IMG/VR virus record: IMGVR_UViG_3300012984_000014
Location: 1 to 64,000 of that record
DNA: 64,000 nucleotides
Direction: 5' to 3' (one strand)
Source of the DNA: a virus
Below, piece after piece: positions 7,281 through 16,420 of this stretch. The position numbers and the translations under genes were made by a program. The notes under the pieces were generated by a model. The model made no database searches and was not told the origin of the DNA. It saw nothing but the letters and a program-made list of their open reading frames with translations. The stretch's first letter is position 1. Every line of letters starts with the position of its first letter.

Positions 7281-9373
7281 TGGCGATCTCCGTACTCCAA
7301 GCTAGAGGCGCAGATGACGGGTCAACCGGAGCGGGCACGAATGGAACGACGCAGGCCGTCACACTACTTTCGAGTGTAACAGCGGCGTCCATACTTTGGT
7401 TCGTCGCATCAGCGGATACATCGTCCGGCGCCATTACGAGTGCGGCCGATAACGTAAATGGTTCATACGGAGGGATCCTAGATGCTGTTGTCGCGGATGG
7501 AAACGGACAGGGTCTAGGCGCGTTTAGGAAAGAAAACGCAAGCTCTGGATCAACGACCGCGACTGTAACAATTGGCGCGCCGGGTGCGGTTTACAAAACG
7601 GTCGCCTTGTTTGAAATCGCAGGTGCTGCGACTTCCCCGGCACTCGATGTTCATGCGCCTGCGAATCCACAAACCAATCCAGGAACTGGGGTTGGCGCGA
7701 TTGTGTCGGGAACGCTGAACGTCACAGCGACTGGATTGATTGTTGCGGTTTCGATCAATAGCAACGGAGGTGCCGCCCCAACCGCGCCCGCTGGCTGGAC
7801 TGACCACGGAACCTTCTGGAACATCTCGGGCACGCTTTGCGGTCGGATGATCTCTAAGCGGGTGACTGCAACTGGGAATCAGACCGCTTCATTCACTGCA
7901 GACCCAACCCAAGGCGCAGCAACCTACAATACGATTGCTGCTGTATTCAAAGAGGCAGGTGGCGGAGGCGGCGGCGCCAGCGGCGGGACTCGCCGTCCGC
8001 GTTCACAGGAAGCAGCCCCTGAACAACGCAATTCCACAAGAATTGTTGGGTATACTAATGACCCTGGGCTGATCGAAGCATTCATCCTTTCGCCTGGGTA
8101 CTTCCCTGATGAAGCGGAGCAAAGACCACGTAGATCAAGAATCTTCTCTGGCGCAACTTCGATAACAACGATAGCAACCGGCTTTCCGGCCTCCATGGGA
8201 ATGGGCCTGCCCAGTACATTGGGGGCCGCATTCGAGCCCAGGGTTGCTATTTCATTGGGTCTGGGCGCGCCCTCGGACGTCGGCGGGGCCATTGCTCCAG
8301 GGAACGCTTCGTGCGCGGGCCTAGGCGCTCCGTCTGCAATCGGCGGCGCCGTCAACCCATCATTCCCGGCGAGCGCCGGCTTGGGCGCGCCAACCTCTCT
8401 TTCGGCGGCCATCGCGCCGGCATTCCCTGCCAGCATAGGCTTGTCTTGTTCAAGCGCTCTGGGCAACGGTGTTGCCGTCGGTTCGCCTGCTGCCCTTGGC
8501 ATGTCTGCGTGCAGCGCAGGAGCAGTCTGCATCGCTCCAGGTTCGCCTTCGACTCTGGGCTTGGGCTCGCCTTCTGAAATTGGCGGCGGAATCAATTCCG
8601 GATTCCCTGCCGCAGACGGGCTAGGGGCCGCCACGGCACTTGGGGCCGCGATCAACGGCTCGTTCATCGTTGGCCAGGGCGCAACTGTGGGACTTGGCGT
8701 GGCGGTCTCAAGCGGCTACGGGATTGCGCTGGGCACTCCGGCCGCTATCGGAATCGCTTCTGTTTCGGCGCCGGCCGTTACTTTCAACACGGGATTCCCT
8801 TCCGCGCTTGGCATCAGCGCGCCGTTGAATCTCGGGTCAGGAGTCAACCCCGGTAGCCCGGCAAGTTCGGGGTTGGGAGCCGCGGCCACCCTTGGCTCTG
8901 CGATCAACGGCGCTTTCACCAATGGCTATGCAGCGGGCCTGGGGCTAGGAGCTCCTGCCGCCCTTGGGTACGGGGTCGCCCAGGGCTTCCCTGCTTCGCT
9001 CGGAATCGCAACGGCGAGCGATTCTGCCGTTGCGTACGAGATTGGCCGGCCGGCCACATTGGGCTTGGACGCACCCACGGCCGTCGCAGGGACGGTTTCG
9101 ACCGGACTGGCCACCAGCGCTGGATTTGGAGCGCCTGCAGCAGTTGGAGCCGCAATCGCGCCCAGCTTCTCGACCGGCTACGGCTCGACGCTCGGCATTG
9201 GCATCGCGACCGGACGCGGCGGCGTGATCACGGTCGGCCGCGCGGCGGCAATAGGAACCAGCTCCGCATTCGCCACGGGGTTCATCGTGAACCCGGGCGG
9301 CCTGGTGACAAGCATCACAATAGACCCAAGCTCGCTGCCAGCGAGGGCTACTATTAGGATCATACTGCCATGA
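7280..9373 (+). CDS. Virion structural protein with about 18 Gly/Ala/Pro-rich 20-aa repeats
   Basis: N-terminal beta-rich domain, then repeats of consensus xGFPASLGLGAPSALGxAIx from about 8177 to 9292. Coupled to its neighbours. Confidence 0.6.
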   Translation: MAISVLQARGADDGSTGAGTNGTTQAVTLLSSVTAASILWFVASADTSSGAITSAADNVNGSYGGILDAVVADGNGQGLGAFRKENASSGSTTATVTIGAPGAVYKTVALFEIAGAATSPALDVHAPANPQTNPGTGVGAIVSGTLNVTATGLIVAVSINSNGGAAPTAPAGWTDHGTFWNISGTLCGRMISKRVTATGNQTASFTADPTQGAATYNTIAAVFKEAGGGGGGASGGTRRPRSQEAAPEQRNSTRIVGYTNDPGLIEAFILSPGYFPDEAEQRPRRSRIFSGATSITTIATGFPASMGMGLPSTLGAAFEPRVAISLGLGAPSDVGGAIAPGNASCAGLGAPSAIGGAVNPSFPASAGLGAPTSLSAAIAPAFPASIGLSCSSALGNGVAVGSPAALGMSACSAGAVCIAPGSPSTLGLGSPSEIGGGINSGFPAADGLGAATALGAAINGSFIVGQGATVGLGVAVSSGYGIALGTPAAIGIASVSAPAVTFNTGFPSALGISAPLNLGSGVNPGSPASSGLGAAATLGSAINGAFTNGYAAGLGLGAPAALGYGVAQGFPASLGIATASDSAVAYEIGRPATLGLDAPTAVAGTVSTGLATSAGFGAPAAVGAAIAPSFSTGYGSTLGIGIATGRGGVITVGRAAAIGTSSAFATGFIVNPGGLVTSITIDPSSLPARATIRIILP

Positions 9374-10452
9374 GCCAGATGTATGTCATCAAGGGCCACA
9401 TCACCTCTTACCAAGTGGTTGTGGCTAGGAACGGCTTGGCCGTCGACTTGTCCAGCGCCACGTTGAAGTACGAGGCCAGGAAGGACTCGCCGACAGGCGA
9501 CGTGATCGTGATCACGAAGACGATCGGCAATGGCATCGTCATCACCGACGCAGTGAACGGCCGCGCCACCTTGTCTCTGACGGCGGACGACACAGCGGCG
9601 CTCTCTGTCGAGCAGGCTCTGCTGTACTACAACCTGATTTTGAACGCGGGCGGCCCGGGCGAAGAGATCGTTGACTCGGGAACGCTGAATGTCCGAGTGG
9701 ACACCACGCCAATCCTGTACATCAGCGTGGATGACGTCCGCGCGCTGGGGTTGACGGACACAGTGGCCTTTCCGGATGCGCTCGTGTTGGCCACCATCAA
9801 GGTCTGGCAAGCATTCATCGAGCGCGCGTGCCGACAGTGGTTTTATCCACTGGAACTAGAGATGTTCTTGGACGGGACGGATTCTGACGCCATCCACTTC
9901 GGCGTTCCTGTGATCTCCGTTTCGGAGGTTCGGTTGAACGGCGACGCCGTGCCGTTAAATCCAACATATTACAGAGTTTACAACTCGCTGACTTCGCCGG
10001 CGGATCGAAACAACCCAAGAATAAAGCTGATTGAGCAGCGCGCGAGCAACTACGACATTTTCACAGCGCCACTTCGCGATGGAAAGCTGCGTTTCCGTTT
10101 CGGTCGCCAGAACCAGTACATCAAGGGCGTCTTCGGCTACGTTGAACCGGACGGCTCTTGCCCGTATCTGATCCAACGCGCGCTGGCCAAGCTCGTCGTT
10201 GAAAAGCTCACCAAACCACTCTACGTCGCCCCCGGAGTGCTCCCGCCAACGGCCCCTCCGCTGATGGCAGGAATCATCTTGGAAGAGTGGACCGACGGCC
10301 ACAAGATCAAGTATGCGCACAGCGGTGGTGATTTGAAGCCCCGCGCGCCCGGGATGGCGGGCATCACTGACGATCCTGAAATCCTTGGTATTCTTAGGCT
10401 GTACAAGGCTCCGATCGGTGTTGCAACGCCGAATAACCCCAGCGGACGCTGA
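9370..10452 (+). CDS. Head-tail adaptor/connector (gp6/gp15-like) fused to an N-terminal BppU-like Ig domain
   Basis: YISVDDVRALG...QAFIERACRQWF is typical of connector N-termini. The first ~110 aa (LSSATLKYEARK...GRATLSLTADDTAAL) resemble BppU N-terminal domains. Confidence 0.6.
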   Translation: MSQMYVIKGHITSYQVVVARNGLAVDLSSATLKYEARKDSPTGDVIVITKTIGNGIVITDAVNGRATLSLTADDTAALSVEQALLYYNLILNAGGPGEEIVDSGTLNVRVDTTPILYISVDDVRALGLTDTVAFPDALVLATIKVWQAFIERACRQWFYPLELEMFLDGTDSDAIHFGVPVISVSEVRLNGDAVPLNPTYYRVYNSLTSPADRNNPRIKLIEQRASNYDIFTAPLRDGKLRFRFGRQNQYIKGVFGYVEPDGSCPYLIQRALAKLVVEKLTKPLYVAPGVLPPTAPPLMAGIILEEWTDGHKIKYAHSGGDLKPRAPGMAGITDDPEILGILRLYKAPIGVATPNNPSGR

Positions 10453-10877
10453 TGCAAGCGCGCCTCCTCCATCCTGTGCTCATCGAGGTCGAGAAGATCA
10501 AGCGGACAGTTGCGCCGATGGACCCAGACTACGCAGAGCCAGTCCAGCAAGCCGCGCGCGGGCCGCGCATTTCCGTTCCCGGACAAGTCCAGTGGGGCAT
10601 GGACGAGCGGCTCCGGGCGACACTCATCGGCGCCGAGCAAGAGTCAGAAGGCTATGTCTTGTTTCGGCGAGTAGACCTGCGCGCGGTCGGCCTGAACGAG
10701 ATTGCCCAAAATGATCGCTTTGTCGCGTTCGGAACGGGCCCCAACCGGGTTGAAGTCGACCTGTACGTGATCGGCCTCCGCTACAACATCCACTACCAAG
10801 ACATGGGCGGAGCGACGATGGTCAAAGCCTTCTTCAAGGATCGCTTCCCGTCTAAGCAAAGCCGAGGCGGAAAGTGA
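10452..10877 (+). CDS. Putative head-closure / head-tail joining protein
   Basis: Position directly after the adaptor, size of 141 aa and beta-rich pattern. Confidence 0.5.
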   Translation: MQARLLHPVLIEVEKIKRTVAPMDPDYAEPVQQAARGPRISVPGQVQWGMDERLRATLIGAEQESEGYVLFRRVDLRAVGLNEIAQNDRFVAFGTGPNRVEVDLYVIGLRYNIHYQDMGGATMVKAFFKDRFPSKQSRGGK

Positions 10878-11717
10878 GTGGTCAGCAAGACTGAATACGT
10901 CGTGACCGGGTTGGCCGAGTGGCAGAATGTCACCGATGCCAACGCTTTTTCGCGTCGTCTTCAGAAGAACATCCGCCGGGCCACGGGCTTGAACGCGCTC
11001 GCTGCCGCGAAGAAGATGCGGCAGGTAATACAGGCCGGCGGCTTGAAAGCGAACGCGCCGCTGACGGTGGCGTTGAAGGGCTCGTCGAAGCCGCTCGTTG
11101 AAGGCGGAGACCTGTTTCAATCGATCACGGTCCAGCAGATCAACGAGGACGAGATGTTTGTGGGCGTCCTCCGGACCGAGGGCGACTTCAACTTGGTCGA
11201 GATCCTTCACGAAGGTGCCACAATACCGGTGACGCCGGCCATGCGTTGGATGTTCCTGATGCTGGCCAAGGTGAGCGACGGCCTGATGGATCCTAGCAAG
11301 TTGGAGGGTCGCGCGGCGGAGCTGTACTCCAAATTCCAGGGTTGGAAGCCGTTGGCGGCTTCAACGACGGCCATCGTCATTCCAGAGCGACCTTTCGTCA
11401 GAATCACCTTCGAAGCGCCCGACCTCATTGCTTTGTGCAAGGCGAATTGGTCGGCGGCGTGCCAAGCAGCGCTCAATCCAAAGAAGCGCGGCGAGCCCGA
11501 AAGCAAGTTGGTAAAGTCCGCCAAAAAGAAGGCATCGCGCGCCAAAAAGCTTGGCTCCAAATACGGCAAGAAGGCTGTGAAAGTGGCCAAGCGCTACGGA
11601 AAGAAGGGCGCGAAACTCGGAAAGCGCGTTGGCAAGCGCGCCACGAAGCTGGGGAAGAGTCTCCGCAAACGCGCAGCCAAGGCGCTCCGAGGCAAGCCGA
11701 AGGGTAAAAAGAAGTAA
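10878..11717 (+). CDS. Neck / virion morphogenesis protein (Mu gpG / HK97 gp10-like) with a highly basic C-terminal tail
   Basis: KPLVEGGDLFQSIT, LHEGATI and IVIPERPF motifs of the virion morphogenesis family. The last ~75 aa are K/R-rich. Confidence 0.65.
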   Translation: MVSKTEYVVTGLAEWQNVTDANAFSRRLQKNIRRATGLNALAAAKKMRQVIQAGGLKANAPLTVALKGSSKPLVEGGDLFQSITVQQINEDEMFVGVLRTEGDFNLVEILHEGATIPVTPAMRWMFLMLAKVSDGLMDPSKLEGRAAELYSKFQGWKPLAASTTAIVIPERPFVRITFEAPDLIALCKANWSAACQAALNPKKRGEPESKLVKSAKKKASRAKKLGSKYGKKAVKVAKRYGKKGAKLGKRVGKRATKLGKSLRKRAAKALRGKPKGKKK

Positions 11718-12946
11718 TGCGCCTCAAGAAGCTGGTAAAGCGTTTCGATTTCAGCAATGACGAGCGCCGCAACGTGACTCTCGGTCCGGGAGTCCGTCTC
11801 GCGTACGAACGTCAGCAGCTCGAATTGGTCGCCACCAACAACGTCTATTCGACGGCGCCGGACCTCTACGCAAAGACGCGCCTCACAACTCCCAAGACCT
11901 GCAAGGGGTGGATCCTCTTCGAGTGCGAAGCGAAGATGAAGAAGAACGGCGCGGGCGCCGTTGTCACATCGCTCGGATTCCGTCTGAGCAACGATGGGTC
12001 GAATCAACTTTGGTGGGACGGCTCGGCTTGGTCTCCGGCGTCTCCTGGGCAGTGGAATACGGAGTCTGAAGTTTGCGATCACATCGCCAGCTTCTCTGGG
12101 CAGTCGATTCAAGTCGTCATCAACCTGAAAACGACAGACGGCGCGTACACGCCCGAGGTCGGCGCGGTGAAGATTCTTTGGAATTCAGACATCGAATTCC
12201 AACAAGAGTACGTCGCGCGCTCGATGATTCCTGCGATGCGCGAAGAGATCCTGCCAATCTCCGAATACGCCGTGGACATCGCTGTCAACACGGCAGATCT
12301 CGACCTGGGAGCGATTGAGACTCCATACGACATCGTTTATGTGGATTCCGTCTACAACGTGACGGATGATCCATCGAAACAGACGGATCTGCTTTCCGGC
12401 TACAACGCGACGTCAAAAGTCGTTACGTTTTCTCCGGTGGCAGGCGGGAAGCGCGTCCTGGTTCGATTCGTCTACAAGCCCTCGATCGTCATCATCCAGA
12501 GCCAAGATTTCAAAGAGATCTCGAAAATACCAGCAATTTGCATAGAATCCATCTTTCTGGAGAAGTCGCGCCAAGTCGACCCCGGAGAGTCCGTTGTGAA
12601 TCGGGCAACTGGATTAGGTTGGCAGCTCAAAGAGGGCTTCCAAGAAGACATCAGTTTCACGATTCGATACGTGGCGGACAAGGTGGCGGACTTGGACGCG
12701 CTTGGCGACCAGGTGAAGAAGTTTTTCCAGGATCGCTTGCTCCATTGCCGTGGCCAGGACGAATATGCAAGGATGTACACCATTGAGGAGTACAGCCACC
12801 AACCGAGCGCGCTTCAGTCGGAGCTTCACTCCGCGCGGCTTAGGGCTAGGATCTTGGACGCAGTATTCTACCTCAGAGACGCGGTGCCCGTCCAGGCCAC
12901 TCAGAGGTTCTTGGTGACTGGCGGAAACGTGGAATTTAAGGTCTAA
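11717..12946 (+). CDS. Putative tail terminator/completion protein with an extra N-terminal domain
   Basis: Lies between the neck and the sheath. The C-terminal IPAICIE...ISFTIRYVA...LGDQVKKFF pattern fits the terminator role. Confidence 0.4.
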   Translation: MRLKKLVKRFDFSNDERRNVTLGPGVRLAYERQQLELVATNNVYSTAPDLYAKTRLTTPKTCKGWILFECEAKMKKNGAGAVVTSLGFRLSNDGSNQLWWDGSAWSPASPGQWNTESEVCDHIASFSGQSIQVVINLKTTDGAYTPEVGAVKILWNSDIEFQQEYVARSMIPAMREEILPISEYAVDIAVNTADLDLGAIETPYDIVYVDSVYNVTDDPSKQTDLLSGYNATSKVVTFSPVAGGKRVLVRFVYKPSIVIIQSQDFKEISKIPAICIESIFLEKSRQVDPGESVVNRATGLGWQLKEGFQEDISFTIRYVADKVADLDALGDQVKKFFQDRLLHCRGQDEYARMYTIEEYSHQPSALQSELHSARLRARILDAVFYLRDAVPVQATQRFLVTGGNVEFKV

Positions 12947-12963
12947 GCAGGAGATAAAACCCG

Positions 12964-15261
12964 ATGGTACGCAGATTTGGACCGACCCGCGCCGCTGGCG
13001 TTCGTATCGAAGAGCAAGACGGTGACAAAACCATCACCCCGGGCGCGCTCGGTTGGGCCGGAATGGCCGGTATCGCCGAAAAGGGGCCGCCCAACAAAAT
13101 GGTCCTCTGCTCGACCAAGACCGAATACATCAAGTGGTTCGGCAACATCACGACCGATGGTCTGATGACGGACTGCGCATATGACTTCTTCGACCTCGCG
13201 AACGGCGCTGGCGGGCTCGCCGTCGTGCGCGTGACCGATGGCAACGAGCTTCAGGCCTCGTACACCGTGTTCAATCGCCGGACCGGCTCCGCTCAGGGAC
13301 CCGTTGGCGTGATCAAGGCGCTCAACGGCGGCCGCTGGGGCGGCAAAGAGAAGCGCCACGCGGGCACGATGCTGAACATCGGTTCGCTGACCAACACCAC
13401 GCTCCAAGTGGAGGCGGCTTTCTCTTCGACGTTCAAGACGGACGAATTGAAGGGCGGCTACATCGCGCTGTCGAACGTCGCCAACAAGCTCTATCCGATC
13501 GTGGGCAACACGAGCGCGGGCTTGATCACGGTCGCCTCCGACCAGACGATGCTCACGGACTACAATGTCCTTGGCGGTTCCGTCTTCGGCTACCAAGTGA
13601 CGTTGGAGAACGACGGCAAGGCCATCTCCATCCAACTGGGCGACGGCGACGAGCAGCCGGACACCGAGTTCAGCTTGGAGGTCTTCCTGGACGGCGCTTC
13701 GGCGAAGCGTTGGGGCAACCTGTCGACGGACCCCGCGGCCGCGCGCTACTGGGTAAACGTCATCAACAACGACACGGACAACAGCTACATCTCCGTGACG
13801 GACCTCTGGACGGGCTCGCAAACGGCGAGCGTCCGCCCGGCCAACTACTACGGCTTGGTGGCGTCCGCAACGGCGCTCGTCCTGACGGCGACGATCCACA
13901 ACTTCCTGATCAACTCGCCGACCGGCGGCAACCCGACGTTCACGCTCGGGACCACGACGGACGTGATGGAAGACCAGACCATCACGGTCACGATGTCGAG
14001 CCCGACCGCGGGCACGGCCGTCTCCGATCGCTTCGGAACGCTCGGGGCCGTGACCCTTGGCACTCCGTTCGTGTCGCCGAACAAGTTCACCCCGGGCTTC
14101 ACCATTACGGCCGGCGCCACGCCGCTCGTGGCAGCGAACACCCTAGTGATCACGTACAAGCCGTTCAAGCCAAACAAGCTCGCGGGCGGTTTCCTGTACC
14201 CGGATCGCGTGAACTTCAAGCGCGACAAGTTCCGCATCGTGGCGAACGACCGGAGCACCATCACTGTCGCGGCGGGAACCGACCTGACCACGATGGCGAC
14301 GGGCGGCGACGAGTTCATGGTGACGGCGCCGATCGAGATGCGCGGAGGTCGCGGTGGTCACGCGTCGCTCGTGGACGCCAACTACCAGGCCGTGTGGGAG
14401 CCCAGCACCTCGCCCTTTAACGACACCGAAGGGCAGAACCTCGGGCTCATCAAGTTCGCCACGCCCGGCATCAACTCGACCGTCGTTCAGAAGGCCGGCG
14501 TTGCGTACGCGGAAGCGAAGAACCACCAGTACAGGTCCGAGTTCCCCGTCAACATCCTGACGGACAACGCGGCGCTGTCGTACGTGAATGACACGTTGGG
14601 TCGCTCCGACTACCAAACGCTGTTCTTCCCGAGCTATGGCGACGTGCCGCACCCGGACCCCGCGGCTGCCCGCGAAGGGAAGCGAAAGACCATCCCGACG
14701 ACGGGCATGCAGCTCGGTCGCGAGGCTCGGATCGTTTCCGACTTCGACGGCTATCACAAGGCGCAAGCCGGCGTGGACGCGGTTCTGCCGCGTCTGCTCA
14801 CGATTCCGACGCTGGACAAGAAGCTCAACGAGGAGCTGCTCAACCCGGTCGGCATCAACGTGATCAAGAAGTCCCGCGGCAACTACGTTCTGTGGGGTGA
14901 TCGCAACGTCCACATCGACCCGCAATGGAAGTTCAAGCACCAGCGCGAGCAGATGAGCTACTACGAACACGTGTTGCAGGAGAACTTCGATTTCATCATA
15001 TTCTCCATCAACGACAAGACCTCTGACCGCGAGGCAGAAACGTCTTTGAACGCATTCTTTCTCCCGGAATTCGCCAAGCGCGCGCTCCGCGGGACGGACT
15101 TCAAAGACGCTTGTGTCATCAAGGTTGACGAGGAAGTCAACACGGACGCAACGCGCGCGAACGGCGACAAGATCGCTGTGGTCTCCCTGCAACTCGCGGA
15201 CACCACGGAACGTTTCATCATCCGCATCGGCAAGCAGGGCATCTTCGAGTCCGTGGCGTAA
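12964..15261 (+). CDS. Contractile tail sheath protein
   Basis: N-terminal AAGVRIEE...GMAGIAEKGP and C-terminal LNPVGINVI...YVLWGDRN...FIIFSINDK...FIIRIG are classical sheath motifs. Confidence 0.92.
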   Translation: MVRRFGPTRAAGVRIEEQDGDKTITPGALGWAGMAGIAEKGPPNKMVLCSTKTEYIKWFGNITTDGLMTDCAYDFFDLANGAGGLAVVRVTDGNELQASYTVFNRRTGSAQGPVGVIKALNGGRWGGKEKRHAGTMLNIGSLTNTTLQVEAAFSSTFKTDELKGGYIALSNVANKLYPIVGNTSAGLITVASDQTMLTDYNVLGGSVFGYQVTLENDGKAISIQLGDGDEQPDTEFSLEVFLDGASAKRWGNLSTDPAAARYWVNVINNDTDNSYISVTDLWTGSQTASVRPANYYGLVASATALVLTATIHNFLINSPTGGNPTFTLGTTTDVMEDQTITVTMSSPTAGTAVSDRFGTLGAVTLGTPFVSPNKFTPGFTITAGATPLVAANTLVITYKPFKPNKLAGGFLYPDRVNFKRDKFRIVANDRSTITVAAGTDLTTMATGGDEFMVTAPIEMRGGRGGHASLVDANYQAVWEPSTSPFNDTEGQNLGLIKFATPGINSTVVQKAGVAYAEAKNHQYRSEFPVNILTDNAALSYVNDTLGRSDYQTLFFPSYGDVPHPDPAAAREGKRKTIPTTGMQLGREARIVSDFDGYHKAQAGVDAVLPRLLTIPTLDKKLNEELLNPVGINVIKKSRGNYVLWGDRNVHIDPQWKFKHQREQMSYYEHVLQENFDFIIFSINDKTSDREAETSLNAFFLPEFAKRALRGTDFKDACVIKVDEEVNTDATRANGDKIAVVSLQLADTTERFIIRIGKQGIFESVA

Positions 15262-15303
15262 GCTACGGGGAACCTCGAACAGTTTTCCATTTAGGAGTCC
15301 ATC

Positions 15304-15789
15304 ATGGGTCAGACCATTCTGAAGAAATACTTGGGCGAAGCTGGCGCGGGCGCGGACGGCTCTCACGACCCAGGACCGGGCACGAAGAAAACCAAGCTGT
15401 ACGACGTCTTGGCGGCACTCTGCTTGGGCAAGCCGTTGATCAACGCGCACCTCCCGACCGTCGCCACCGGCATCCTCGCACGCGCCGTCATCACTGGCCC
15501 GGACACGCTGCGCGAGCTGGCGTTGCGCCTCGATGTCTGCGGCTCCGCGGGCAACACCATCGTCCAGGTGCGCGTCAACACGACCGTGATCGCGTCCATC
15601 ACCATCGACAACGCCGCGGCCGACCCCAGCCAGGTGAAGCTTTCGCTGCCCAGCACGGCCCTTGGAACGGACACCAAGGGTTTCGACGTCAAAGACGGCG
15701 ACATTGTCGACTTGAACGTGTCGGCGGCGCCGACCGGCGGCACTGGCTTGACCGCCACGCTCCGCTCGTCTCCCATCGACATCGAGTGA
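15304..15789 (+). CDS. Hypothetical (probable virion) protein between sheath and tube
   Basis: AGGAG RBS, beta-rich composition. Confidence 0.55.
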   Translation: MGQTILKKYLGEAGAGADGSHDPGPGTKKTKLYDVLAALCLGKPLINAHLPTVATGILARAVITGPDTLRELALRLDVCGSAGNTIVQVRVNTTVIASITIDNAAADPSQVKLSLPSTALGTDTKGFDVKDGDIVDLNVSAAPTGGTGLTATLRSSPIDIE

Positions 15790-15838
15790 TCGGCCGTTCG
15801 GACGCGCGGAAACCCAATCCCCAAAGAGAGAGACGTTC

Positions 15839-16276
15839 ATGAAGGGCATCATCAAGCCGGACCACATGCCGGTGAACAAGTTCAGCCTGAAGGTGGTTGG
15901 GTTACTCGACCTGACGACAATCACCGTCAGTGGCATCGAAGACGAGCTGCAGACCGTCGACCTTCCCGACCGGACCAAGGCGTCTGGCGGGAATCGGCTT
16001 GCCGGCGACTTCGAAGTGGCCATCCCAATGCACCACTCGTTGGAAATGGCAGCGATGGAGATCTGGTTCCGCGAGGGCCAGGACCCCATCACGCCCACGT
16101 ACAAGAAGCCGTGCACTCTGACGATGGATTCCTTGTCCGGCAATGCGTCCAAGAACTACAGCTTGCTCGGCGTGTTCGTGACCAAGCGCGCCTTGCCGGA
16201 TCTTGACAAAGAGAACGACGGCGAGATGGCGATGGCCACCTGGACGTTGTCTTACGACGACATTCTGCCGCTCTGA
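15839..16276 (+). CDS. Tail tube protein (T4 gp19 / eCIS tube-like)
   Basis: NKFSLKV...VSGIEDELQTV, WF...YKKPCTL and LPDLDKENDGEMAMATWTLSYD match the gp19 family. Confidence 0.85.
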   Translation: MKGIIKPDHMPVNKFSLKVVGLLDLTTITVSGIEDELQTVDLPDRTKASGGNRLAGDFEVAIPMHHSLEMAAMEIWFREGQDPITPTYKKPCTLTMDSLSGNASKNYSLLGVFVTKRALPDLDKENDGEMAMATWTLSYDDILPL

Positions 16277-16420
16277 AACCGCTTTCGTCGCGGCCACTGT
16301 TCCCTCGGCTGGGGTTCAAGTGAGGTGGCCGGCCGGGCCCCTCGGACGCTGGCCGCGACGGATTACAAAACCACCTAGGTGGACCTAACAAGCCCTTTTT
16401 GGGCGATTGGAGGCGACCCG

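Noticed and set aside
14143-16152. Long minus-strand ORFs (also 36108-37514, 55474-56694, 58777-60042, 20774-21733 and others)
   Set aside because: They are antisense shadows of well-supported + strand genes in GC-rich DNA, with no motifs. The Ser-rich ones simply mirror Asp/Glu codons.
16310-16330. GGTTCAAG resembling a tRNA T-loop
   Set aside because: No T-stem closure, D arm, anticodon arm or acceptor stem can be built.
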